A stretch of 64,000 nt of DNA from contig OX337238.1 in NCBI GenBank assembly GCA_946965045.2, positions 2,666,001-2,730,000 of the forward strand, in the 5' to 3' direction. Within the stretch, counting starts at the first letter, position 1. Every line of letters begins with the position of its first letter. Shown piece by piece: positions 22,897 to 34,184 of this stretch. The DNA comes from Epithemia pelagica. Lineage: Eukaryota; Protista; Bacillariophyta. The notes below the pieces were generated by a model. That model saw only the letters and a list, made by a program, of their open reading frames with translations, had not been told where the DNA came from and searched no databases. The position numbers and the translations under genes are program-made.

Positions 22897-23715
22897 ATGG
22901 CAGATCGTCATCGCCTTGATGAAGACGCCGAGGGCTTCGAAGAGGATTTCGATGACGCAGACGACGAAGCATTCCCTCATATTCAACAGTACTACGCATC
23001 GTTGACTCCAGATTTGCGAGATGGATACTTCGATACTCGCCTTGCCAACTTTCACGAAGGCGTGAAGCTGCCGGAAGAGCGATATTTTTGCTCTAGACCC
23101 AAGTCACTAGCCTACCTCAACGATGGTCCCCGAAAGACTCCAGCAGACCACCCGCTGCGAGCGATCGCTTGGGTCCTTGAATCTGCTCCGCCCCATTCGG
23201 TGGTGCGAGTTTTTTGTTACTCGCTGACCGATCCGATAGCGATCGATTTGATTGTTCATGCCGGATCGTCGCGTGAGGTCAAAGTTATCCTTCATCCAAA
23301 TGACAAAAGTAGAAGAGCACTGGAAGAATATGTCGATCAACATGGCAAAAGCGCCTTTCTCGAAAACGTGGAAATGCGTCTGGCAAACCTAACCGGTGCC
23401 GATTGTGAATCAAGCAAGGTCCAAATGCACGACAAATCAATTATTACGGAAACCTACTCCGTTTTTGGCAGTTACAACCTGTCAAGCTTTGCTCGTGTGG
23501 GCAATTGGGAGTCGGTGTGTGTGGTTGATACACCTGCCAAATGTCAGGTAACCTTTGACAGCATCTGGGACAACATTTCCCATCGACAAGTCGAACACTA
23601 CTACACCAATTTGCAGAGCTCAGTAGTAGGACCTCGACGACGAGCTCGTGCATCGGCGCGAGAAGCAGAGGATGCGCGGAGACGACAAGCTGCAAGAAGC
23701 CGTGAAGATCTGTAG
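22897..23715 (+). CDS. Single-domain PLD/Nuc-like nuclease, copy 2
   Basis: Same length and catalytic motif as 798-1616, with about ten amino-acid differences. Confidence 0.8.
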   Translation: MADRHRLDEDAEGFEEDFDDADDEAFPHIQQYYASLTPDLRDGYFDTRLANFHEGVKLPEERYFCSRPKSLAYLNDGPRKTPADHPLRAIAWVLESAPPHSVVRVFCYSLTDPIAIDLIVHAGSSREVKVILHPNDKSRRALEEYVDQHGKSAFLENVEMRLANLTGADCESSKVQMHDKSIITETYSVFGSYNLSSFARVGNWESVCVVDTPAKCQVTFDSIWDNISHRQVEHYYTNLQSSVVGPRRRARASAREAEDARRRQAARSREDL

Positions 23716-23840
23716 AAAATTGTTGAAATGACTGACAGGATTGCCAAATTTCCTCATGTTACAGCAATTTCTCAAGAGATAATGCGCTTGTGTCCTTTGA
23801 CTGTAGTTGCTATGGGTTTCGCTAAAAAGCCATCGAAATT

Positions 23841-24590
23841 ATGGGATATCAGTTACATGTCGCATCTTCTAAAAGCTATCACTGCACGACGCAAAAGTGG
23901 AATGGTTGTTGTGTCACGAATCCATCCCTCCTCATTCCCATGCTGGTAGAAGAAGAACCTGCGTATCAAGAAGCAGTGCAAGTCGAGGCCGAAGTGGAAG
24001 TTGACCCTTCCGGACAAGCTTCGTATGTTCCACCACAATATGAAGATGCCATTCAAGCGCCTGTCATTTATGTTCCAAGTTCCCACGTGACCTTGGGTGG
24101 TACCAAAGTAGATGGTGCCGCCGAAGATCCAGACCTTGAAGTAGATGTACAACTTCCATCGGATGTTGAGGCACAGCCACCTTCTCTCAAAATACTACTC
24201 AAGGAAATGTCGGAATCGGTGGCCGATTGGGATATCATTCAACGCAAACTCCAGGATCCCGACTGGGATACCATTTTTGCCACACTCACGCCCAATCACT
24301 ACGCCCTTATTTTACAGCAGGTGGCATTGGATTTCGATCAACCCAAAATCGCTGCCTGTCTCGCACAAACACTACAACAACAAGGTGCTGATTCTTTAGG
24401 CTTTACCTGTGCCCATGTGGTGGCTGCGTTGAACGTGGCTTCGGAATGGAATCGAGCGACAGTGGTGGAAAAAACCATTTCGTATTGTTCCGATTTGGCA
24501 ACCAACCAAGATCAGATTCTTTCTCGGTTGACAGACTGGGAGAAGTTGGTGACCGAACGTGCCTTTGCCAAAGCATTGGATGTGACCTAG
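23841..24590 (+). pseudogene. 5'-truncated alpha-arrestin, copy 2
   Basis: Paralog of 1742-2488 with the PPQY motif. Confidence 0.7.
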
Positions 24591-24757
24591 TTTACTTACT
24601 AATATATGTGGTAGATCCCACTTTCTGATATTGCTTGGTGCACGTAAATGCCAAACTCATGATAGAAGTCTTTTAGGAATACTGGTAAAAGATTGACAGA
24701 ACAACATGGCCGCACGGACCCGTACTTCATAAACGGCTCTTGATGGAAGGAAAAGAT

Positions 24758-27669
24758 TCAATCTGCATATCCAAGAAATTCCTCCCATTTGCACATACGA
24801 TGCTCCAATTGTTCAAACTTTGTTTGAATCCGTTCATCGAAAGTGCGTTTGGCCTTGAGTTCATCCACCAGTGACGAAACAGACTCTTCCAAGCGTGTCA
24901 TTCGTTCAACTAGTGAGGTAGCATGACAGCCTTCCTTCGTTTCCAGTTCCCCCACGAGCGACGCGACAGATTCTTCCAGTCGAGCAATTCGTTGGACTAC
25001 CGGTGTGGCTTGACCACCTCTCCAAGTTTCAATTAAACGAGATGAAAAAGAACTCCTACTGGATCCAGAATCTTTCAAAGGACTAGTCTTGACGATTTTC
25101 GGAGCCATGGCCGAGGAATGCTCTCTACCCCGAAGACTCAGGGATTTCATATTCTGTTCATGTTTGACAGATTCTGCCACCGTTTGTGTCATTTTGGTCG
25201 TGACCACCAACGCCAACAAACTGATTGCCTCGGCATTATCAGGAGCATCTTTCTCATCAATGCATTTTGCATCACGAGTCCATTTCATTACTTCATTGGC
25301 AAAATGGCCAATCACAGTCGCCAATACACTGCTTCCAGCTTTGGTTTGCTCTCTCATCGCCTCATCGTCACGTTTCAAAGACAACTGCTTTATTGATTTT
25401 TGGACGACTGCAATTCCCTGTTGAAAAGCAGTTTGAAACTTCTCGTTACCAGTTTGCTCCACGACCGAACGAATATGGTTCACGTCTCCATAGTCAACAA
25501 TCTCGTGAAGCAAAGAACAACCGACGGTTTCAGACGAAACCCTCCCAAATATAGTTTGGCCGAATGACAATGCATTCAAAATCGAGCAAATGGCCGCAGT
25601 GGACGCTCCGTCATCATCGTGAGCTTCTATTGCATCATGGAGCTCCTTCAGAGATCTCCCCAAAGCTTGCGCCTGTGCAAGAACAACACGGTGAACAATG
25701 CTATCACTTTGTGAACTATTTGGAGTTGTCTGGGATTGCGTTGGGGTTCGCGGGAGGACCTCTCCGACTCGAAATTCAATCATGGATAGATTGCTTGCCA
25801 ACGAAGACACTGGTTCTGTCATAGTTGCCACAGAATCTGCGTAAAAGCTGGCAATGCCATTGCCATGAATGAGGATACCATCCTGCCGACATTTCTCAAC
25901 AATCTTTCCTTGCATTGCCATTAGTTGTGAGTCACTCTTACAGATGGTCTTCGATAACTCCTGGAGCGCTTTCAATGTGTATCGTTGTCGATCATCTTGC
26001 GATATGCGTTGGGAACGGTACAGGTGATTCAGAAATGTGTAAAACACTTTCATTTGGTGAATGTTTGAGACCAGAAACGCCAAGTCGTGGACCTTGAAGA
26101 CGATGTCGTCAGAATAAGCTTCCACAAGTGTCCTGTAAAAGGTATCCTCAAACACTTCAGAATCACCGTCTCTCGTCGATCCGACAGAGCGACCAGGAGG
26201 CTTCCTCTCATTATCGGTGACCCCATTCAGTTCAAGAAGCGACTTCAAGTGTTGAACTTTTCTACCCATTGGAATTCTGTCTTGAATATCCTCCATGTTT
26301 TGAATTGTAGATGTTAGCTTATCAATCTCCTCTTGAATTTGTTCCACCGACCGGAATTTTTCATCGTCACAGAGTAATTCCAAAAACGGCAGTAAGGATT
26401 GTGCTTTTGCACCCTCTTGCAACACCGTCACATCGTCGTCACTGTAGTCAACAACAGCCCTTGCCCGTTCAATGGCATTGTTGAGTTGCTCTATTTCCGT
26501 TTCTAGTTCCGCTCGACACGAATACAGGTTCTGCAAAGTATACAAACGATAAGATTCCAGATAGTTTCAAGCTTTCCCGAGCGCAGTTATACCTGCAGAA
26601 TACAACGTACCTTGAGTTGTTCTTTCTTGTCAATCAACAATAGTGTCTCACATGAATCCACATTTTGTCCACCAATCACAGCAATGCCAGTTTTGAAGGC
26701 CACCATGCTAGCATAATTACGTCCCGTGGATAATGCTGGAAGGTTCCATACAATCCCACGTTCCGTATCCAAAACCTCCACCGTAGCAATCGAGCCACCG
26801 TTATTTCCTGACACAATGATACAGGATCCAACTGACACAACTGCATGAAAACAACGTGCGACAGATAAAGCTAGGTCTGTGCAATTTGTCCACACTGACG
26901 ACGAGGAAAAGACTGTAGCAGGAGTCGTCTTGGTCGCATAATCAGAAATCTCCTCGAATCGCAATGACTCAACCGATGTCAACGCATTACTACCATTGTG
27001 TCCTCCAATAACAAAAATGCGATCACCAATGACAGCACTTTCACAACCAGACCGAGGAACTATCATGGATGGCCCCGCAATCACAGTGTGGTTGCTTTCC
27101 ACAGCTGTATCGATAATATCAACCGACGACAAAGAGTGTCCGCTGTTGTACCCACCCATGACGACGATATAACGATTGTACACGACAACAGCCGAACATC
27201 CATATCTTGGAGTAGACAATCGACAATTCAAGGTTGTCCATTGGTTGGTGGTAGAGTTTGCCAATGACCCTGAAGACAAAGTTTCAATATCAATACGTTC
27301 AATAGTATCCAAGGGTCTTCCATTGTGTCCTCCAATCACGTAAACTCTTCCGCTACAAACCACCGCAGCATGATAGCCTCTCTTGACGTTCAACGGCGGT
27401 CCTTCCCGCCATTGCTTGTTTTCTTGTGCCAAACTCAACAACAAGACGGAGTTGACATAGCCTTGACTGTAATTGTATCCTCCCAAAAATACAACAGTCT
27501 GTGCCGTGCCATCCTGGTCGTCAACCACGATTGAAGCATGATGCTGACGCCATCCACCCAAAAGGGGAGGCCAGTCATTGACATTCCATTGCGGCACATC
27601 ACTGTGATTGTCACTATGGACAAAGGCAAGCCCGGACTTCTGTGCTTGCTGTTGCAGTGTCGTCATCAT
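24758..27669 (-). CDS. Kelch plus helical-tail fusion gene (K3); exons 27669-26611 and 26530-24758, ~943 aa
   Basis: An 80-bp phase-0 intron GTACGT..TTGCAG (26610-26531) joins KEQLK to NLYSCR. The tail is almost identical to that of K1. Confidence 0.85.
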
Positions 27670-27830
27670 GGTTCCAAACCCAACTTGCAGATTTTATGGC
27701 AAGGAATGGAATGGACCTCAGCCTCAGTTCTCCTCAAAACCCGAGAACAAACGATCCTGTGGCCTGTGGCCTTCAATGATAAATGACGAAGGACGGACGG
27801 ATTGACCGCTCCTTACTATCGAACGGAATT

Positions 27831-28290
27831 AGATCATGACCAAGTGCTGGCCTCCAGAAAGATGTTCGGCCAGTTCAAATTGCGGATCGCAGCCGCTTGG
27901 AACCAGAAGGTCCTCTCAGTGTCTAGTTTGCACCACCACATTTAATATATTACCGAAGGAATGGAGTCCATCCAACAAAAGAAATGACGATTGCAAGAAA
28001 GCCCATCCAAAGTTCGGACCATTGATTGTGCAGCCGTGAAATCCAATAAGGTAGTGCAGTATACCTCTCCTATCGAGCTGAACAAAACGGAATAAGATCA
28101 TGACCAAGTGCTAGTGGTGGCCTCCAGAATGGTATTCGGCAAGTCCGGATTGCGGATCGTAGCCGCTTGGAACCAGAAGGTCCTCTCAGTGTCTAGTTTG
28201 CACCACCACATTTAATATTTTACCGAAGGAATGGGGTCCATCCAACAAACGAGAAGACGATTGCCCCCCCCCCCCCCCAACTTCGGACCA
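27831..28290. repeat. Local imperfect tandem duplication (~265-bp period)
   Basis: agatcatgaccaagtgct..cctccagaa..gcggatcg.agccgcttggaaccagaaggtcctctcagtgtctagtttgcaccaccacatttaatat occurs twice. Confidence 0.85.
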
Positions 28291-29932
28291 TCGATAAAGG
28301 TGCAGCCGTGAAATGCAATGAAGAGTCTTGTTCCCATGACACGTTCGGTTACACCTCAACTCATCTCCACCAGGAACGGCCTTGCACCAATGAACGTTAA
28401 TACATCCACTTCCATCTCCACCAAGAAACAAAAATGGCTAATCGTTGGGGAGGACGTATGTAAAATTGGTGAACGCCGAAATGGGATTGTGTGTGGTCAA
28501 GAATCGTTGGTCAACAAAGGGTATGATTGACATCTCATCCGTGAAGGAATGGAAAGCGAGGTCCAAAGCAAAGTGGCACGCACTGTCTGTATCGTCATTG
28601 GCGTCGTTCTCTTTTGTTCCTGGTCTTCGAATACTTCTTCTTCTTGTAGTTGGCATTGCCTTGTCCTTGAAACGGATTGAACCACTGTGCCCTCCATGTG
28701 GCACTGGAATCAAATACTACGGATGAAATTCAATGGGCATGGTTGATTTCTGGATTCGTTTGTAGGATTGTGTTTGGGTTTTGTCTTGAGAACACCAAAC
28801 TTGCAGTTGTTGTAGTGGCTGTGCTATTTTGCTTGGTGACAGACAGCTGTCGGCAAAGCTTGGGTTGGTATTGTTGGTGGTGATGACACTTCTGTACGGC
28901 TTGTGATCGTGCTTCGTCTCAATATCGTTCTAGTATTCCGAAAGGGTTTCACATAGTGTTGTTGGATGCTCTGTCGTTGTCGCGAAAGGGTCGAACGGCT
29001 CTGTCCACTGCTGTGCGGCCACCACACAACTTGGCTAATCTTGGCTTTCAGGTGCTCGAACACCAAGTTTCTTGTTTCGTACACAGTAGCCAAAACAGAT
29101 TGTTGCAATGACAAAATCCACAGAGGAACGGCATTTTGTCACTCCCATGGTTACTCTGCCAAGCACTTTGCATTTTGTCATTTTGTCCCCAAAAAAATGA
29201 AAGGCGCGAGTCCGCCGGCGCAGCGCCGGGCGGAGTGGCGCGCAAGATGGCCAGCCGTGACAGGTGCTCGTCACAAACCCTGCAATCGCATATCGCATCT
29301 GAGCCAGATCAACTAAACACCATGACAGGATGAACAACGCAGTGGACCAAGAATCACGGCATCCGAGAAAAAAAGAAAAGATGGTGACGGAACTGACCAG
29401 GTCTCGATCGCTGCAAGTGCCATAAAAGTCATGGAACGTAGGGGACGCACTACTGTATCTTTTCCGTGGACTATATACCAAACCGTTGCTTCTGTAGGGT
29501 GTAGAGTCGCTACGTGGCCTTGGGAAGTACCAAAGTAGATGGAACCGCCGAAGATCCATAGGAATGTACAAGACTCGTCGCTCGTTCCATTGGACCATAC
29601 AGCGGGATGCGTGGCCGATACGGATGCCAACAGGTTTTCTTTTGCACTGGTGCTCTACACAGCTCGGGTGGATCGTTCCTTGAGCCACAACATCGAACGG
29701 AGCAACAACGCCAAGTGATTTGCGTGAGGTGAGTTCTAACCATGTTTGCTGTCGTTGCATTTCGTTCTTTGGTGTAAGAGAGGTCAAATGCATTTCTCCC
29801 TGCATGTTTGGAAACACATCGTGTCCTGTGGAAGAACAACAAACAACTTTGAAACCTAGTACTCATTCTAATTTTACTCCAAGTATGTATATTCATGCAT
29901 GCCACTTTTTTTGTTTCAGTTTCGCCATTTGA

Positions 29933-31081
29933 TCACTTCGTAGGGCGCTCATCGCACTCCTTCACGACTGTAGGATGATTTGGAGCAGATCCCAGTGAGT
30001 TTGTTCTTGACCCAAAGAGTGATCTTGGCACCTGCTCCATGAGTCGACAAAAACACTGCGTATTCTTGTCAATCAAGGATAGTGTCGCACAATCACTTCC
30101 ACCAATCACAGCAACTCCCCTCGAGTGAACCACAACACCGTGGACATATTCTGGACTTGTTGATGGGGGAATGGTCCACACAGTGTTTCGGCGAGTATCC
30201 AAGACTTCTTCGTTAGTCAAGTAACCTCCCACAACCATCAGACATGATCCAACAGCTACAGCTGCATGATCACTCCGTGGGACGGAGAGCTCGAGCTCGT
30301 GACTTGTCCAACGGCAAGAGGATGGAAACACTGTATTTGCTGTGTTCATTGTCTCATTGCCCGAAGCATCATGAAACTCCAAATACTCCACCGATGCGAG
30401 CTCATAACCATTGAAGCCTCCAAGAACAAAAATGCGGTGGCCAATGACAGCACTAGCACATCTACACCGGGGAACTGTCATGGATGGCCCTGAAATAACA
30501 ATGTGGTTGCTTGGCACAGATGTATCAACAATATCAACCGACGACAAGTAGTTTCCGTTGGATCCACCCATGATCACAATGTAACGATTGTAGACGGCAA
30601 CAGCCGAACATCCACTTCTTTTCGTAGACAATCGACAACTCAAGGTGGTCCATTGGTTGCAGGTAGAGCTTGTCAATGACTCTGAACACAAATCTGCGAC
30701 AGCAATGCGTTCCACACTATCCAAATTTGAGTTTCCATTGGATCCTCCAATCACGTAAACTCCTCCGCTACAGACCACGGCGGCAGGATACGCTCGGTTG
30801 TTGTTCAACGGCGGTCCTTTCCGCCATTGCTTGTTTTCTTCTGCCAAATTCAATAGCAGCACTGAGTTGGAGTATTGTGTGTATCCTCCCAAAACTACAA
30901 CTGTCTGAACATTGCCATTCTGTTCGGGATGGTCGAGCACGACTGAAGCATGATTCTGTCGCCACCCACCCAAAAGGGGAGGCCAGTCAATGACATTCCA
31001 TTGCGGCACATCACTGTTTTGGTCAAGGTCGACAAAGGCAAGCCCGGACTGCTCTGCTTGCTGTTGCAGTGTCGTTATCAT
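29933..31081 (-). CDS. Stand-alone six-blade Kelch protein (K4), 382 aa
   Basis: Conserved leader MITTLQQQAEQSGL, six GG-containing blades and tail CATLSLIDKN. Confidence 0.9.
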   Translation of the reverse strand: MITTLQQQAEQSGLAFVDLDQNSDVPQWNVIDWPPLLGGWRQNHASVVLDHPEQNGNVQTVVVLGGYTQYSNSVLLLNLAEENKQWRKGPPLNNNRAYPAAVVCSGGVYVIGGSNGNSNLDSVERIAVADLCSESLTSSTCNQWTTLSCRLSTKRSGCSAVAVYNRYIVIMGGSNGNYLSSVDIVDTSVPSNHIVISGPSMTVPRCRCASAVIGHRIFVLGGFNGYELASVEYLEFHDASGNETMNTANTVFPSSCRWTSHELELSVPRSDHAAVAVGSCLMVVGGYLTNEEVLDTRRNTVWTIPPSTSPEYVHGVVVHSRGVAVIGGSDCATLSLIDKNTQCFCRLMEQVPRSLFGSRTNSLGSAPNHPTVVKECDERPTK

Positions 31082-32939
31082 GGTTCCGACAAAGCAAAGC
31101 GACTTGCAGATTTTATGGCGAAAGGAATGGACCTCAGAGCTTGATCCTTCTCCTCAAAACCCGAGAACAAAAGATCTTGTGGCTTGTGGTCTTCAATGAC
31201 GAACGGACGAGAAATCAACATAAGAATATTCTTGACCGGACGAAAGATCCACGGAGGCAACGACAGACGGACCTCCACCGGCAACGGGACCTATCATGGT
31301 ATCATTCGTTGGTCCAAAACCATCCACAAAAGCCACTCCACACGAGACCACAGATTCCACGAGCGCTGATAATCCCATTTCGAGAGAAGCTTGGCCTCAC
31401 TGGAACACTTTGTCACTGTATCGTTAGTATTAGTGCTTGTCCATTACAGTCTTGAGGCCCTTTTCAGATTCCTTCTGGCTGCTGTTTTGCACACTGCATC
31501 AGCATCACAGCCAAATGATTTTTCATCGTCCAGGGAGCATGAGTCAATGTGTCTCCGTCTCACCGTTGAAAGACTGTGGAAGATGGATCTCATAGAAAAT
31601 TAAAAAAAGCCTCTGTTTTGTTGGATTGCAGAGAACTCTTATTTTTGTCAATCGTCGTCGTCCATTGGTTCGTACGTCTTGATTGACGGGTGTTTTGATT
31701 GTATGGTTCTCTTGTTGGACTGCTGTCTGTGTATCCATGCCCACCATCCATTCCACCGTACTCTACTAATGACTTGTTTCAACTGCACCAAGTCTTCGAC
31801 CGATTCGTCATCGTAGTCTTCAGAAAAGCAAAGCAGATCGTCTAGATGGCCATCCAAATCCTCCTCGCCCTCATTAATATTATTCTCAAGGTGCCGGTGA
31901 TTTCATTCCTACAAATGGCTGTTGTGTTTCTGGTTGCTCTCACTGCTTTTGGATGGAAAAGAGAGCATCCGAACGTTTGATACTGAGGCAGGATTCGGTG
32001 AGGAGGTTGCAGCCGTCATTGATTCATGGGCAGGGAGGAAGAAGAGGTCCTTGTTGTTGTTGCAGTAAGTTTCACGTGGAAGTCTCGCACACTCCAACAC
32101 GGCAACACGAATCACTCATTGACGAGAGCTGTCGTTGTATCATTGCGGATCTTTTGGCTTTCCGGTGATTGGAGCGAGTCGAACTTGCGGTTCCAGTTCG
32201 TCTTGTGGACTGGCTTGTGCAACAATTGTCTTGTTTCGTCCACGGTATCCAAAACAGATTGCTGCAATGGCCAAATCCACAGGGGAACGGCATTTTGTCA
32301 CTCCCATGGTCACTCTCGCAATTCGCAAAAGGAATGTGGATCTTTTGTGGTCGCGAATCCGCCGGCGAAGCGCCGGGCGAAGTAGCGTGAGCGACGGCCC
32401 GGCGCGAAGATCCGGCTCACAAAACCTGCACGCACACAGTGAAGTGCGAGACCAAAACCACTAACACAACGGTGGACCAACAATCCTACTGCATGTTTGA
32501 AGAAGGGAGAAAGATCGTGATGGAACCGACCGGAACACAGGGGACCCACTTCATGTTTGTTGTCCGTGGTCTTGAGCAAAGTGTTGCTTCTGCAATGCAG
32601 TAGGTCCATCTGTTTGGCTTGCACTTGTGCTTTAAACAGCCCGCATGGATCGTTCCTTGTTCTACAAGATCGTAGCAACAACACGAAGTGATTGCTTGAG
32701 GTGAGCTCTAACTATGTTTGTTGTCATTCGTTTGTGCAACAGAGGAGAAGCACATTTCCCCCAGCATGTTGGTAAACGCACTTGTTCTCAGGAAAAACAG
32801 CAAGCACTTCGAACCTTATTACTCATTCTCATGTCTGCGTTTTACTCCTACTATTTTTATTTCTCAATCGACACTTTCTACGCCTCAGCTTTGATAGATC
32901 ATAACTTCTTCTTCTTCTTCTTCGCCACGTCGTGATCGT

Positions 32940-34184
32940 TCAAGAGATCACACAGCAAGAGATCACACAGACGGTCAACCTTCTGGTCGAGAAATGGCTT
33001 TTCTTCGGGTGGTCATCCGACTCCTTCAATTTCTGTAGTACGCCCTGCGGAAAAGTTCTTGACCCAAAGAGTGAACTTGGCACCTGTTCAATGAGTCGAC
33101 AAAAACACCGCGTATTCTTGTCAATCAAGGATAGTGTCGCACAATCACTTCCACCAATCACAGCAACTCCCCTCGAGTGAACCACAGCACTGTAGATATA
33201 TCCTGGTCTTCCTGGTCGGGGAACGGTCCAGACAGTGTTTCGGCGAGTATCCAACACTTCGTCATACTCCGCGAGTGTCGAACCTCCTAGAACCATCGAA
33301 GTGCAACCTCCAAGAATCATCAAACAGGATCCAACAGCTACAACTCCATGATTAGTCCGTGGGATGGAAAGATTGAGTTGGTCATGACGTGTCCAACGGC
33401 ATGAAGATGGAAAAACTGCACTTGCTGTGTTCATTGTCTCAGTGCCTGAAGGATCATGAATCTCCAAGAACTCCACTGATTGGAGCACTTCTTCATTGTG
33501 CCTATTGTAGCCTCCAACAACATAAATGCGGTGGCCAATGACAGCACTTCCACAACCACAACGAGGGACTGTCATGGATGGTCCCACAATCACAGTGTGG
33601 TTGCTTGCGATAGCTGTATCGATCATATCAACCGACGACAAAATGTTTTCGTTGGATCCACCAATCACGACAATATAGCGATTGTGCACGGCAACAGCCG
33701 AACATCCACTTCTTCTCGTAGACAATCGACAAGTCACGGTCGTCCATTGGTTGCTGGTATAGCTTTCCATTGATTCTGAACAAAGCTTTGCAACATCAAT
33801 CCGTTCGATTTTATCCAATGGTGAACTTTCATTCCATCCTCCGATCACGTAAACTCCTCTGCCACAAACCACCGCAGCATGAAGTCCTCTCTTGTCGTTC
33901 AATGGCGGTCCTTCCCGCCATCGCCTAGTTTCTTCTGCCAAATTCATCAGCAGAACTGAGTTGGTGAAGCCTTGATTTTGTATGCGTCCTCCCAAAACAA
34001 CAACCGTCTGTGCCCTGTCATCCTGTTCAGGATGGTCGAGCACGACTGAAGCATGATACTGACGCCACCCACCTAAAAGGGGAGGCCAGTCATTGGTATC
34101 CCAATGTGGCTCGTTACTGTTATTTTCACTGTCCAGAAAGCAAAGCCCGGATTGCTCTGCTTGCCGTTGCAGTGTCATCGTCAT
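32940..34184 (-). CDS. Stand-alone six-blade Kelch protein (K5), 414 aa
   Basis: Same architecture as K4; intact ORF. Confidence 0.9.
   Translation of the reverse strand: MTMTLQRQAEQSGLCFLDSENNSNEPHWDTNDWPPLLGGWRQYHASVVLDHPEQDDRAQTVVVLGGRIQNQGFTNSVLLMNLAEETRRWREGPPLNDKRGLHAAVVCGRGVYVIGGWNESSPLDKIERIDVAKLCSESMESYTSNQWTTVTCRLSTRRSGCSAVAVHNRYIVVIGGSNENILSSVDMIDTAIASNHTVIVGPSMTVPRCGCGSAVIGHRIYVVGGYNRHNEEVLQSVEFLEIHDPSGTETMNTASAVFPSSCRWTRHDQLNLSIPRTNHGVVAVGSCLMILGGCTSMVLGGSTLAEYDEVLDTRRNTVWTVPRPGRPGYIYSAVVHSRGVAVIGGSDCATLSLIDKNTRCFCRLIEQVPSSLFGSRTFPQGVLQKLKESDDHPKKSHFSTRRLTVCVISCCVIS

Larger units (their letters stand above)
22269..27669. repeat. Segmental duplication, copy 2
   Basis: Colinear with 1-5567. 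It lacks about 150 bp present at 538-696 of copy 1. Confidence 0.95.

Noticed and set aside
1-27669. Duplication as an assembly artefact
   Set aside because: The copies differ by scattered substitutions, indels, distinct introns and distinct Kelch 5' ends. A haplotype mis-join cannot be fully excluded without long reads.
29035-29817. 260-aa minus-strand ORF
   Set aside because: It spans mosaic flank sequence, including the arrestin patch, and the paralogous flanks do not keep the frame.
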